A stretch of 64,000 nucleotides of DNA from Gammaproteobacteria bacterium (GCA_050298595.1 JBNKUM010000048.1:63843-127842); one strand, 5' to 3'. Counted from the stretch's first letter, positions 25,512 to 37,239 are shown. Notes: generated by a model from the sequence alone, not told the origin. Made by a program: numbers and translations.

Positions 25512-26939
25512 TTAAGCTGGGGGAATAACAACTACACAATTGCGGCCCTGATCTTTTGCCATATATAAGGCGTCATCAGTACGTTTAAGACAACTATCCA
25601 GGCTTTCACCTGGCTTAAATTGAGTAACACCAAAACTGCCCGTTACGGTAATCAATGTATTCGCTGAATCAATACGGCTGCCGTCCAGATTTTTACAGAG
25701 GCGCTGAGCAAGATGCTTTGCCTCTTCGAGGCCAGTCTGAGGAGACATGATTAAAAATTCCTCACCGCCCCATCTTCCCAAAACATCACTATCCCGAATG
25801 CCGTTATCCAGCCGCTCAACAGCGTGTTTTAGCGTTAGATCACCCATATCGTGTCCGTATTGATCGTTGATATCCTTAAAATGATCAAGGTCGATAAGAA
25901 TAATACAGAAACTTTCCTGCTCGTTTGAATTTGTCTGGGACGCTTCTTCCAGCAATTGAGTAATCGCTCGTCGATTAAGAATCCCGGTTAGATAGTCAGT
26001 CCGAGAAAGTGTCTCCAGTTTTTCCTCCATCAGCTTTCGTTCAGAGATCTCCTTAAGTAACTGCTGATTAGCCTTAACTAACTCTGACGTACGTTCACTT
26101 ACTCGAACTTCCAGTTCATCTCGAGCATGTTTCAGGGCTGTTTGATTTTCTTCCAGTTTCTTATGATTTTTTCCGAGTCTAATCGACATTCTCTCGAAGG
26201 CATCGCTCAAATTCTCAAACTCATCACCGATTATTGTGAGTGTTTCTTCGTTATCAGCGGGTGCTATTGATGATAGTCGTCTCATCACATTAGCAATGCG
26301 CTGGGTGAAATTACTGCTAAGAAAGCGGCTGAACAAAGCAGCCAGCAGAATCGATAGTGCCAGAGAAAGCAGACCTGCCAGGCGCATTTTTTCCAGTTTC
26401 GATTGCACTTCATCAGCTTTCATATCAATACCGACAAGATAGCTACCCTTACCAGTATCGAGTGGTGAATAGCCTGAAAGAAAACTGCCCCATCGGTCTG
26501 TTGTAATCTCGCTATCTACTGAAGGACGCAGGAACCCCTCCATGAGTGCGGGAACATTCTGCGGATAGACTTCTCCTGGCAATGCTGGCTCGACCATGTC
26601 TGAATCCAGCACAAAAACCGGTTTGTTATCTAACTTTCTCATCACGTAAATAAAAGCAATGTCAGGGTTAGCTTTAACAAAATCTCGCAAAGAATCAACA
26701 CCCTGTTTATACACCAGACTGTTTACATCATCAGGCCCCTGAATCTGGTCAAGACTTTTAACATACAGACCCTGACTGATTAAGGCAGCACTATTCTGCA
26801 GCCTGGATCTTAATGCCTCTGTCAGGTTTTCGATAGCACTATCGTAGAAATAACTGCCGACACTGCCAGACACAAGTACGATAGCTGCAAAGTGACTTAG
26901 AAAGAGTTTTGTCTGGATAGATAATCGCATGTTTTTCAA
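25512..26939 (-). CDS. Membrane diguanylate cyclase
   Basis: Two TMs around a periplasmic sensor, HAMP/coiled coil, DYLTGILNRR, DLDHFKDIND, RDSD I-site, GGEEF. Confidence 0.93.
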   Translation of the reverse strand: MKNMRLSIQTKLFLSHFAAIVLVSGSVGSYFYDSAIENLTEALRSRLQNSAALISQGLYVKSLDQIQGPDDVNSLVYKQGVDSLRDFVKANPDIAFIYVMRKLDNKPVFVLDSDMVEPALPGEVYPQNVPALMEGFLRPSVDSEITTDRWGSFLSGYSPLDTGKGSYLVGIDMKADEVQSKLEKMRLAGLLSLALSILLAALFSRFLSSNFTQRIANVMRRLSSIAPADNEETLTIIGDEFENLSDAFERMSIRLGKNHKKLEENQTALKHARDELEVRVSERTSELVKANQQLLKEISERKLMEEKLETLSRTDYLTGILNRRAITQLLEEASQTNSNEQESFCIILIDLDHFKDINDQYGHDMGDLTLKHAVERLDNGIRDSDVLGRWGGEEFLIMSPQTGLEEAKHLAQRLCKNLDGSRIDSANTLITVTGSFGVTQFKPGESLDSCLKRTDDALYMAKDQGRNCVVVIPPA

Positions 26940-27700
26940 TGAATACTTAATTTACTAAAAGTAATTGTATAAGAACTTGTCAAATTAGGGCATAAATTGT
27001 AAAGCGGCATATTTATTTATTATATTAAAGAGCATTGCATTTCTGATGACCCGACATCTGACACTATTTTAAATCTTTGCTCCCCCCTGCCCCGATGAAC
27101 AAAATATGAGGTAATCATTGTTACAACTCCAATCACTACAATTGCTCAGATAACACCGACAAGCCACGAACGGTCACCTTCCAATACACGATCACATGGG
27201 TTCAGATTGAAATTAAATTAATCCTCGTATTTTTTTCGCCACACCCCCCTCCCTACATTTTTTAGATTTTCTCATATTAATTATTTACTTTAGAGTTTAA
27301 TTTGTATGACCCCAATTATTCCTCTTCATCAGACTTGCATAAATCGATCAAATTCTTGTACTTATCTGTCAAACCCTCTAACTGCTCCTTTCGTGTTTAT
27401 CCGTTCATATAGTAAATTACAAGATAGACTCAGGTACCTAAGGACTAACTGAAAATAAATTAAATGAGCTTTTAGATAGCCCATTTAATTAAATTCCATG
27501 TTTGTTATTTAAGGAAAAATTAGAAGTGAATCGTCTAATGCTTATAGGATTATCTATTACTTCCGTTTTTACCTGACTGCACACCTCTAAACCATAGAGA
27601 TTAAAATCTGGTCTTAGAGTACCCAGTCAGTCACGGCAAATCGAGAGTATCCAGTTGAGCCAGCGATGCAGTGTAAATCCATCTCAAGGTATTCCGAAAA

Positions 27701-28756
27701 ATGCAGTGTCTGAAACATCTTATCTTACAATTTCTTTTGATAGCTACCTTACTTTCTCTGGTCACTATTAATGTTCAAGCGGCCGAAATCACACTCACTG
27801 TCGAACATTTTTTACCCCCACAAGCGCCTGCTCATAAAAACTTCATCATTCCGTGGAAAAAAGCTATTGAAAAGGAATCGAATGGTCGTATTGAAGTCAA
27901 GGTCTATCCGGCAATGCAGCTTGGTGGTAAAGCACCGGATTTAATTAATCAGGTGAAAGACGGGAAGGTCGACATCGTCTGGACATTACCAGGTTATTCT
28001 CCAGGCCGCTTCCCGGCTATTTCGGTATTTGAACTCCCTTTTATGGTGACCAATGCTGAAGGTAGCTCGCAGGCTGTACAGGAGTTCTATGAAACCAACC
28101 AGGCTGCACAGGATGAATTTAAGGATGTCCACCCTCTAATGTTCTGGACTCATGATCGAGGTGTTTTGCATACCAGTAAGCATCCCGTCAAAAGCCTCGA
28201 AGATCTTAAGGGGTTAAAAATTCGAGCACCAAGTCAACGAGTTGCTGATGCCCTGACGACCTACGGCGCTGTACCTGTACAAATGCCCTTACCGCAAATG
28301 CCAAAAGCTTTGACCGACAATAAAATTGACGGCAGCGTAATACCATGGGAGGTGGTACCAGCTTTCCATATTGAAAAGCTGGCCAGATATCACACTGAAT
28401 TTCCAGGTCTACGCGGCATTTATACTGCAGTTTTTGTATTTGCTATGAACAAGGAAAAATATTATTCACTACCAGAAGATTTAAGAAAAATCATTGACCA
28501 CAATTCTGGCATGGCATTATCCAAAGCGATGGGGAAATTATGGGTCCAGAGTGAGAAACCCGGCAGAAACCTGGCCAAAAATAACGGTAATACAATATTC
28601 CAGATGCCTAAAAATGAGGTAGAAAAATTTCGCGCAGCATCGTATTCTGTACATGCAGCCTGGGCGAAAGACATGAGTGAAAAAGATTTAAATGGGCGCC
28701 ACCTGTTGTTATCTGCCTATAGCCTGCTCAATAAATACAGTAGCACTGTGAAATAA
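27701..28756 (+). CDS. dctP: TRAP transporter substrate-binding protein, orphan
   Basis: Signal peptide, SNGRIEVKVYPAMQLGG, PGRFP, DLKGLKIRAP. Confidence 0.9.
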   Translation: MQCLKHLILQFLLIATLLSLVTINVQAAEITLTVEHFLPPQAPAHKNFIIPWKKAIEKESNGRIEVKVYPAMQLGGKAPDLINQVKDGKVDIVWTLPGYSPGRFPAISVFELPFMVTNAEGSSQAVQEFYETNQAAQDEFKDVHPLMFWTHDRGVLHTSKHPVKSLEDLKGLKIRAPSQRVADALTTYGAVPVQMPLPQMPKALTDNKIDGSVIPWEVVPAFHIEKLARYHTEFPGLRGIYTAVFVFAMNKEKYYSLPEDLRKIIDHNSGMALSKAMGKLWVQSEKPGRNLAKNNGNTIFQMPKNEVEKFRAASYSVHAAWAKDMSEKDLNGRHLLLSAYSLLNKYSSTVK

Positions 28757-28945
28757 TTAGGCTTTGATTACTGATCATTATAATTAAGGTTAAATGAAGC
28801 CTGAAGGTTGTCCATTATCAGGGGTTATGTGACTACCGCGAATATTGAAATATGCAGCATTAATTTTGCAGTATCTTCCCATTCATTATGTGATTAATCT
28901 ATAAATGGAAATAGCTCTTTCCTGTCATTTACTATCTTTTAACAA

Positions 28946-29596
28946 TTACCCCAAATTCTGTTGCAAAAACTCCAGACTCCTAACCCATGCTAATTCAGCA
29001 CTTTCACGGTGAAAAGTTTCTCGCGGTTCACAACTGAAAGCATGCCCTGCTTCTTCATAGATAAAAAAAGTGGCATCAGGATTTACATTTTGCACCGCTT
29101 CTATATCTTCAACTGATACCAGATGATCTTTAGCGCCGAATTGAAACAGAAACGGACATGCTGGTTTTTGATCGAGGTTCTGGTGTATACGGGTACCGTA
29201 ATAGGCGATCCCTGCATCGATGTTTAATTGACTGGCGGCAAGGTATGCCATTGTCCCGCCCCAACAGAATCCCATCACGGCTACCCTGGAGTTTTTATGA
29301 CTGTCGATTACGGCTGCTATGTCGAGTATCACCTGGTCGGGCTGTAACTGCATGGCCAGCTCTCTACCCAGGTCAGCATCGTTATAGGTGAGTTGAACCC
29401 CCGGTTGCAGACGATCAAAAAATGCTGGAACCACGCCAATATAGCCCTCCTTAGCCAGCTTATCAGCGGTTTCACAAAGATGATCGGTTACGCCAAAAAT
29501 CTCCTGGATGATGATGACCACCCCACGAGGTGCTGTTACTGGTTCACTCTGGTAGGCCACAAATTGATGCCCGTCGGATGAGGTAAATGATTTCAT
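28946..29596 (-). CDS. Dienelactone hydrolase family protein
   Basis: QEIFGV, GFCWGG nucleophile, AGHAF. Confidence 0.92.
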   Translation of the reverse strand: MKSFTSSDGHQFVAYQSEPVTAPRGVVIIIQEIFGVTDHLCETADKLAKEGYIGVVPAFFDRLQPGVQLTYNDADLGRELAMQLQPDQVILDIAAVIDSHKNSRVAVMGFCWGGTMAYLAASQLNIDAGIAYYGTRIHQNLDQKPACPFLFQFGAKDHLVSVEDIEAVQNVNPDATFFIYEEAGHAFSCEPRETFHRESAELAWVRSLEFLQQNLG

Positions 29597-29932
29597 TAGA
29601 TTTCTCAATAGCTGCCTTAAGACTATGGCCAAGCTAATCATGGTTGTGTTTACACATCAAGTGGAGTCAGGATCGGGTCTTTGATCATTATTAACAAAAG
29701 TCAAAAATGGAAGTTATTTCAGACTCATTTTGTCAACACCGCTCCACTTGACATTAGTCAGTCTTTCACCTTGTTTCGCCACTACATATGACTACCGTTA
29801 ACGGCATAGCTATATCATAATGTCATACTTTTCTCGGGCCTATCCTTATCTACTTGCTAATCACCAGTCGGTTTAGCCAAACTGATTAATGATAGGCAGA
29901 TTTACCAACCCTAATTCAATAAAGATAGAAAA

Positions 29933-31027
29933 ATGATGGACTATGCAGCAATTACCGGCTGGGGAAAATGTCTTCCTCCCGCCATTCTAACCAATGATGA
30001 TCTGGCTACTTTTCTCGATACGGATGATGAGTGGATCCGTAAACGCACCGGCATGCAACAGCGCCGCATCTCTCACGTTCCAGTTTCTGAGCTGGCCTAT
30101 GTCGCAGCTCAACGTGCGCTTGCTGCAGCCGGAAAAAGTGCTGAAGATGTGGATTTAATCGTATTTGGTACAACGACACCCGATCGTATCTGTCCCAATA
30201 CTGCTTCGGGGCTGCAAAAACTACTGTCTGCCAGCAATGCGGCCTGTATGGACCTGAATACCGCTTGCACCAGCTTCCTCTACTCAATGACCGTGGCCAG
30301 CAGCATGATCCGCACAGGCGTTGTGCGTAATGCTCTGGTCATAGGTGCAGAGGTCATCTCGCCAATCATGGACTGGAACGACCGTAATGTGGCAGTATTG
30401 TTTGGCGATGGCGCTGCCGCCTTTTTTCTGCAAGCAAGCGAAGAACAGCAGGGGATTATGGCTGAGTCCATTGGCTGTTACGGAGAGGTTAGAGATATCC
30501 TTTACCTACAGGGCTGGGGATCTGAACACGCCAATGAGGGCGTAATGTTAGGCGACGTCAAATGGCAGTTTGAAGGTCAGGAAATCTTCAAGCGTGCGGT
30601 CAAAGGCATGGCTAATGCCTGCAACGATGTACTTAACAAGTCTGGCACATCTATGGATGAGGTTGATCTTGTGGTACCTCACCAGGCCAATCTTCGGATT
30701 ATTGAAGCACTGGCGAACCGAACCGGAGCGCCAGCAGAGAAAGTCTTTATCAATATCCACCGCTACGGCAACATGTCGGCAGCGACGGTACCCATAGCCC
30801 TGGTGGAAGCGCTGGAAGAAGGTCGAGTAGAAGCTGGAAGCAATATCCTGATGCCTGGCTTCGGTGGCGGGTTGACCTGGTGTGCTCACCTGCTGAAATG
30901 GGGCCAGAGAACCGCACCATTGTCCACTTCGGATGCTGAATTACCACCAAATGATAAATCCGCACTGGAACTGGTACAGGAAATCAGACGACGTAAGAAT
31001 GAGTATAAAACCAGCAGTACTGATTAG
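29933..31027 (+). CDS. fabH: 3-oxoacyl-ACP synthase III
   Basis: ACTSF, LFGDGA, PHQAN, GNMSAA, GFGGGLTW (Cys-His-Asn triad). Confidence 0.92.
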   Translation: MMDYAAITGWGKCLPPAILTNDDLATFLDTDDEWIRKRTGMQQRRISHVPVSELAYVAAQRALAAAGKSAEDVDLIVFGTTTPDRICPNTASGLQKLLSASNAACMDLNTACTSFLYSMTVASSMIRTGVVRNALVIGAEVISPIMDWNDRNVAVLFGDGAAAFFLQASEEQQGIMAESIGCYGEVRDILYLQGWGSEHANEGVMLGDVKWQFEGQEIFKRAVKGMANACNDVLNKSGTSMDEVDLVVPHQANLRIIEALANRTGAPAEKVFINIHRYGNMSAATVPIALVEALEEGRVEAGSNILMPGFGGGLTWCAHLLKWGQRTAPLSTSDAELPPNDKSALELVQEIRRRKNEYKTSSTD

Positions 31028-31374
31028 TTGACAGCTACAATCTGTTATTCGTGTACTGATTTTGATGAAAAATGTGGTCTATAGTCGCAAGCTCACCCAT
31101 TTGGTGAGCCATGCTGCTGCGTGAATTGCACGTCACATATTTGTGCGATAAATAAGTATTGTGTCTCTTCAGATTTATAACTTTTAAAAGATGGGTGAGC
31201 AATCGAAGACTACGTGACTTTTTAAAAACTATCTCCCACGTTAATTAATCACTGAAGATATCGAAATCTCTGAAAAAAGAGAAAAAGCCGTTAACCCGAG
31301 CAAGGCTAAGGGCGCGTATTGATTAAATAAAGCGCCACTATCCGGGAACCCGCATTACAGCACAATTGGTGTGC

Positions 31375-34300
31375 TTACCTGGCTTTAATCAGACCCAGCT
31401 TCCAGGGCAATCTATTGTAATCAGACACACCAGAGTTTGGATCCACCCCCTGATACAGATACTCCATATTGCAGGCATTAATGGTCATTTTCTCGTTGTA
31501 GCCAGAACGTATCATCTCACCATGGCTAATATCATTGGTCCACTTGGAGCCACTGAATGTCACGTTAGCAGCACCGGCAAATGGATTCGACTGGGTATCT
31601 GCCAACGGTGTCCATGGGCCGTCCAGACTGGTGGATGTCCATGAACGGAAGTAGCGGGGTGCGTAAGCTTCGACCAGCAGCAGATATTTGTTGGTGCCAT
31701 CCACTTTATAAACATTGGACGCTTCAAACAGTCTGCCCACTACAGAATCTCTCATCACAATCTCATAACCTGAGAAGTTCGGGAAGTTTCCGATGGACAC
31801 TTTGGAACGATATAGATTTCCATCGTCTCCCGAGAAGAACAGGTAACAATTGTTATCATCGCAAATAACCCAGTAATCAATACCATTGTTTAGTCCGCTA
31901 CTCAACAGAGGTTTTGGTGAACTCCAGCCAGATGGGTTGCTGATATCACTGTTGGTAGAGTATTTGGCCCCCCACTGATAAATCAGGTACCACTTTTTTT
32001 GCGGCTCAAAGTAAAACACCTGTGGAGCAACAGCACCGCCAGCCGGGGTGGTTGACATATCAACCTGTTGAGCGGAATTGGCCTGAGCCCAGTCGCTGAA
32101 GTTCATATAGACACCACCATAGCCATTTCTAGTTTTATCAACTATCGATGCAAATACGTGATACTGGTTATTGAATTTAACGATTGTAGGATCTTTGATG
32201 GACGCCCAATTTGAGTTATGTGGCGTAATCAAGGGATCAGTTGATGTCCAGCTGAATTTTGAAGGCAGATCACAGGTTTGACCATCAGTAGAGCCTCCGT
32301 TATCGCTGATGGTATTGTTCTTTGGATTTTGTTTCAGGTAGTTCATCAGCCAGGTCATGGCCGGACGCTCGCTGCCATTATCATGAATCAGACCGCTGCC
32401 TTCCACCCAGGTCTTACCATATACGTACCCCCAGAAAGTGATACCCTTTACGGACGGGTGGTTATACAACATCGGGAACTGTGTCTGCATGATTCGCAGT
32501 TGTTCCTGATCATTAGTTTTAGCTATATCGTATTCTGAAACATAAATTGGCAGGCCAAGGGCCGCGACTTTATTCAGATTGCGTTCCAGGTCGGCATTAG
32601 ACCAGCTCTCTAAACCGTGAGCCTGCACACCGATGGCATCGACGACTCCCGCATTGACCGCAGGCCTGGCCATGGCAATAAAATCATCGGTATTCCAGCT
32701 CAATACGTTGTAGTCGTTCAGAATCAACGTTGCGTTGGGGCAATATTGGCGTGCCAGCTGGAAGGATTTAATAATCCAGTCGTTACCAAAAGCACTTCTG
32801 GCATAGGCCGCCGGAGCATGGCCTGGTGTCGCTTCATTAACCACGTCGATCATATCCACATCAGGGTAACGAGTACAAAAATCACGAATCCACTCTTCAA
32901 TTTCAGCACCTTTCTCCTGTGGACTCAATGAATCGATCCAACCTGGATGCTGGCCGTTCCAGACAAAGGTATGCTGTTTGAACAAAAGATTATGCTGCTT
33001 GGCGTAGTTATAAGCGGCATCTATACCGCCCCAGTTATATACATCACGGGTACCTTCAACAGACCCCCATTTGCCTTCGTTTTCTGGAGTGATTTGCCCC
33101 CAATACTGCGCAAAGTCAGATCTCACACTACCAAAAGTGGTGATGTTGCCGACGAAGAACCGGCTGTTAGATCCGCTGTTACCGTTATCACCGGTATTGT
33201 CATCAAGCACTTCACCACCAATGGAGAAATCATCGGCATAAAAGCTGATACTGTCGTCTGATGATTCGATAATGAAATGCTCAAAAGCTGTACCGCGCTG
33301 AGTATAGAATCCTTTAAGCAAGGTCCATCTGGAGTCGTTTGCGGTAACCATTTCAATATTGGTGTATTCGTTATAAGTGCTGCTATCACTGTCATTAGCA
33401 CGTTTGGCGGTTAATTTAATAACGGTGTCAGGAGAACCTTGCGGTAGTTTTACCCAGACCGCCACCTCGTATTCATTACCTTCGGTAAGTTTGCCCACAT
33501 CGAAGGTCAGTCCATTCCAGAAGGCTGTTCTGTTGGTAATATAAGCACTGGCAGAACCACCATGTTTAACCGAAGTAGAGCGAGAAATTTCACCTGCGGT
33601 AGTGCCCCAGTTGACCAGGTTGTTTTCAACATCACCATTGACGGCAAAGTTATTGGCAGGAACCTGATAATCATCTACTGCCTCTACAGGCAACACAGTG
33701 AACTGCACACTGCTACTGTCGCTAAGTGAAGCATCGCTCACGCTCAACTGAAAGGTGAAGGCTGTAGGCTGCTGGACAGTTGGCGCTTCAAAGCTGAGTG
33801 TCGAGCCAGTATTGTTCGTCAGAGCAATGTTGTCTCCTTGCGTCTGCGTCCAGAGATAAGTGATCGTATCCCCATCCGGGTCCGATGAGCCACTACCATC
33901 CAGAGTAACCGTATCACCAGAGGTGACGCTCTCTGGCGCTGTGATTTTAGCACCTGGCTGATGATTGGTTGGGGTAGGCAGCTCTGAGGGTGAGATCTGC
34001 ATGCTCTTGCTGGTGCTGTTGGAGAGTCCGCCACCATCACTCACGGTCAATTGAAAACTGATCTGTTGAGATTGCTCTACTGACGGCGCTACAAAGCTAA
34101 GCTTGCTGCTTGTAGTATTCGAAAGCGTGATGTTCGGCCCTGTAGTTTTTGTCCATTGGTAGCTAAGGGTGTCGCCATCGGGGTCGGATGAGCCACTACC
34201 ATCCAGCGTGACCGTGTCACCAGAGGTGGCGCTCTCTGGCGAGGTTATTTTGGCACTTGGTGCTTGATTGGATGATGGGGTCGGCGCTAAGGGTGAGACC

Positions 34301-34725
34301 TGGATGCTCACGCTGGTTGAATTGGAGAGCTTTCCATCATGCACTGTCAACTTAAAGGTGAATCGTGTAGTCTGTGAGACCGTCGGCGCGACAAAGCTGA
34401 GAGTTGCTGTCGAGGCAGCCAAAAGCGCTGTGTCTGGTCCTTCAGTTTTAATCCATTGATAGCTGAGACTATCGCCGTCAGCGTCATATGAGCCACTGCC
34501 GTCCAGGGTGACGGTCTGACCTGCTGTGTAGATAAGGGATCCTGTGATCCTGGCGCTCGGCTGATGATTGCCATTTTCTGTCGTGTCATCCTGTGTTTGC
34601 GTATCTGAACCCGAGTCGCCGGATGTTGTACTCTGGTCACAGCCACTTAATACGGAAATCAGTAGAACAACCAGGCTTAAGAATAACAAGCGCAGTTGTG
34701 ACTGTTTTTTACTACGAGAAATCAT
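31375..34725 (-). CDS. Multidomain lipoprotein: three PKD/Ig-like repeats, CBM4/22-like module, GH10 xylanase, GH62 arabinofuranosidase
   Basis: LSGC lipobox; three TVTLDGSGS repeats; TPENEGKW, DVVNE and YVSEYD (GH10); IKDPT, APQVFYF, LFEASNVY, DISHGE (GH62). Confidence 0.92.
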   Translation of the reverse strand: MISRSKKQSQLRLLFLSLVVLLISVLSGCDQSTTSGDSGSDTQTQDDTTENGNHQPSARITGSLIYTAGQTVTLDGSGSYDADGDSLSYQWIKTEGPDTALLAASTATLSFVAPTVSQTTRFTFKLTVHDGKLSNSTSVSIQVSPLAPTPSSNQAPSAKITSPESATSGDTVTLDGSGSSDPDGDTLSYQWTKTTGPNITLSNTTSSKLSFVAPSVEQSQQISFQLTVSDGGGLSNSTSKSMQISPSELPTPTNHQPGAKITAPESVTSGDTVTLDGSGSSDPDGDTITYLWTQTQGDNIALTNNTGSTLSFEAPTVQQPTAFTFQLSVSDASLSDSSSVQFTVLPVEAVDDYQVPANNFAVNGDVENNLVNWGTTAGEISRSTSVKHGGSASAYITNRTAFWNGLTFDVGKLTEGNEYEVAVWVKLPQGSPDTVIKLTAKRANDSDSSTYNEYTNIEMVTANDSRWTLLKGFYTQRGTAFEHFIIESSDDSISFYADDFSIGGEVLDDNTGDNGNSGSNSRFFVGNITTFGSVRSDFAQYWGQITPENEGKWGSVEGTRDVYNWGGIDAAYNYAKQHNLLFKQHTFVWNGQHPGWIDSLSPQEKGAEIEEWIRDFCTRYPDVDMIDVVNEATPGHAPAAYARSAFGNDWIIKSFQLARQYCPNATLILNDYNVLSWNTDDFIAMARPAVNAGVVDAIGVQAHGLESWSNADLERNLNKVAALGLPIYVSEYDIAKTNDQEQLRIMQTQFPMLYNHPSVKGITFWGYVYGKTWVEGSGLIHDNGSERPAMTWLMNYLKQNPKNNTISDNGGSTDGQTCDLPSKFSWTSTDPLITPHNSNWASIKDPTIVKFNNQYHVFASIVDKTRNGYGGVYMNFSDWAQANSAQQVDMSTTPAGGAVAPQVFYFEPQKKWYLIYQWGAKYSTNSDISNPSGWSSPKPLLSSGLNNGIDYWVICDDNNCYLFFSGDDGNLYRSKVSIGNFPNFSGYEIVMRDSVVGRLFEASNVYKVDGTNKYLLLVEAYAPRYFRSWTSTSLDGPWTPLADTQSNPFAGAANVTFSGSKWTNDISHGEMIRSGYNEKMTINACNMEYLYQGVDPNSGVSDYNRLPWKLGLIKAR

Positions 34726-35323
34726 TTAAAACACTCCATTTAGTATTACACAGAGACCACGCGTGATAACAGCAGTCACGCAAAACTATATATTTAAAAG
34801 CCCCTCCCTAAATCACGTTCAGGATTCTAATTTCTGATTTAATGCAGAGCTCTTTTGTCTCAATCTAAAAGTTGCTTAACACAACTGTGCACGGATGTTA
34901 TATACCCTCCCCCCTCAATTCAAGTGTGTTAATAGGCCTTGAAATTTACCCAAACCAGAAAATTTTTGACAAAAAATATATGCCTGTTCCAGCCCACTTC
35001 CATTGGGATAAATTCGGCAAACTCTGTTGATCATCTATCTACCGAGGTTGTTTTAAGCCCGTCAATTGATGGCCAATAACAACGCTAATTCATAATTTAT
35101 TAGCCGGATTATTCATACTGCCCCCTTTTATAAATACCAGTTCTATGAAATTAATCAGCTCTAGACCTGAGACTCTTTTTAGCCTGTATAAATGCGCTTT
35201 TAGGTCGACTTTCAAAAGTGCAAAACCTTCACGTCACTTGCAATAATCAAATACTTAATATTTAAAATACCAGTGACTTTTCTCATGAAAACATCCCGAA
35301 AACAAAATACCGGAAATAAATTC

Positions 35324-35339
35324 TGTGACTTTTATCACA
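35324..35339. promoter_or_regulatory. CRP-like site TGTGA-N6-TCACA
   Basis: Exact consensus tgtga-ctttta-tcaca; weaker copy at 35272-35287; TATAAT at 35365. Confidence 0.45.
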
Positions 35340-35929
35340 GTCTCTAAGAAAACCTTTTAACGCCTATAATCCTTAAAATCGGGGCTGCTAATCACTATTT
35401 TTCGAAGGAGTTTTTTCTGTCCCCTATTATAACAAATCGAAGCCAGGCTGTAGATTTACTGTAGATCAGGTATCAATTAAAGCATGTCAAATCGCACTTT
35501 ACTATGACAACCAGAACATGAATTTTTCGCAAGAAAAACCAAATTGTACTTACCTTGTATCCAACAACTTAACTCAGCCCCCTTTTAAAAGCACCCTGCT
35601 AACATAGCATGATAAACTACTGCCAAAACCCATGAATCTCTGCTTTAGAGTTACCCGATAAAGCCCTGCTGATAAAACCACTTTGCGACATATTCCACAA
35701 ATTTCTTAAATAAATTAAAGGTGCTGCATTAGTTAAAGAGGTCGGAGGTATATGGGATTTATTCGCAATTACTCTATCACTCACGCAACTCGTTTTTTGC
35801 CATCCCCGTGCGATGTGAGTAACAGATTTACCTAATACTTTTATGTGTAACCCTAACAATCAAAATATGGTTCTTCGTAAAACCAGTAAATATAGACAAT
35901 ATCCCAATCCAGTGAATTATATTTGACCT

Positions 35930-36394
35930 ATGAAAATAGAAGAGTATTACAACCAGCTTTTAGGCATCGATACGCCCTGGGAGATCAGTCAAGTTGTACT
36001 CAAAATACAAGGGCAACGCGTAGATATTGAAATAGAGTATACGGATGATGAAGGGCCTTGTCCGATATGTGGAAGCCTTTCACCAAAGCGCGATGATCGA
36101 AAAAGACACAACTGGCGCCATCTTGATACGATGCAATTTGCCACCTACCTGCACTGCGAAGTAGCGCACGCAGGCTGGGTGAAACATCACTTTGATAAAT
36201 GGTATGCCTGAGCGATACGTAGTCGCCTGAAATCTATTAAGGAAAAAGCCAGAATGATCAAGATTCACTTGTCGAATATACTGACCTACGTTAAGCACCA
36301 AATCAGTAATGCGGTTGCCGAAGGATTGAACTCAAAGATACAAACAGTCAAGGCAAATGCCAGAGGGTACCGTTCGTTTAAAGGCTTTAGATAA
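35930..36394 (+). mobile_element. ISL3-family transposase remnant (internal deletion plus nonsense codon)
   Basis: LLGIDTPW, CPICG, WRHLDTMQF N-terminus joined to C-terminal SNAVAEGLNSKIQ..ARGYR; in-frame TGA at 36209. Confidence 0.88.
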
Positions 36395-36698
36395 AGCGAT
36401 AAAACATTTTTCGTTACTGGAACTCTCGCCTAAAATCGCCAGAACTTCTGAGTTTGTGGCAATTTTTTATGAGCGACAGAATCTGACTGATAAGGCTAAC
36501 TACTATCAAAACCCTCATCAGCGGTTATTGTCTCAATAACTTTTTTTGATAGCAGCCCAGCTGCGCACCATATCATGATCGAGCAACTGGTTATGGGGAT
36601 GACTCAAATTAAGAAGATATGAATAGCCCTCTACTTCTGGGAGCAAAGCCAACTATTATATGACCATAATTTTGAGGTATAAATTGATACGACCAATA

Positions 36699-36730
36699 AA
36701 AAAGCCCTAACTATTAAGATAGTTAGGGCT
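36699..36730 (-). terminator. Intrinsic terminator downstream of tRNA-Ser
   Basis: agccctaactat/atagttagggct stem with a T-run on the minus strand. Confidence 0.75.
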
Positions 36731-36736
36731 CATATA

Positions 36737-36824
36737 TGGCGGAGAGCGAGGGATTCGAACCCCCGGAGGGTTTCCCCTCAACGGTTTTCAAGACCGCCGC
36801 TTTCGACCACTCAGCCAGCTCTCC
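36737..36824 (-). tRNA. serT: tRNA-Ser(UGA)
   Basis: GGAGAGCTGGCTGAGTGG...CTTGAAAACCG...long variable arm...GGTTCGAATCC...CGCCA. Confidence 0.97.
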
Positions 36825-37239
36825 AGGTCTTTATAAATTGATCAGATGACTGCTTCAAACAGTTATCTGATGCGGAATTTCCGTGATAAATTGGATGATC
36901 TCTTTCTCATCCTTCAGGATTCACTTTGGCGATAAAGAAACTGAAGCGTTGATAGCCACTATTTCAACCACGTTAATAACGATTTTCGGTGAACACCCGA
37001 AGGCGCGATATTATAATCATTTCACGCTCAGAGTCATCTGCTTTTTTCACCTAATATTAATATTGATATTTCTAATAACATCCATATATAGAGGTTGAAA
37101 TACAATAATCAGTTTGAATATAACCTAAATTTATGTAAGTAATTGTTTTTAAATCATGTTTTAATACTTGATATGCTATAGGGCGGAACCTAAAATAGCA
37201 TCAAGCTGTCATAGCACTATCAATACTACGGAGAATAAC

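Noticed and set aside
27600-27700. Possible c-di-GMP riboswitch upstream of dctP
   Set aside because: Only a GGCAAA-like word is present; the paired stems and GNRA/receptor elements could not be built
31080-31215. 10-bp inverted repeat gctcacccat/atgggtgagc
   Set aside because: Short arms, long loop and no second copy; insufficient for an element call
36209-36211. In-frame TGA as selenocysteine or recoding
   Set aside because: It replaces a probable Trp in an already deleted transposase; ordinary decay explains it
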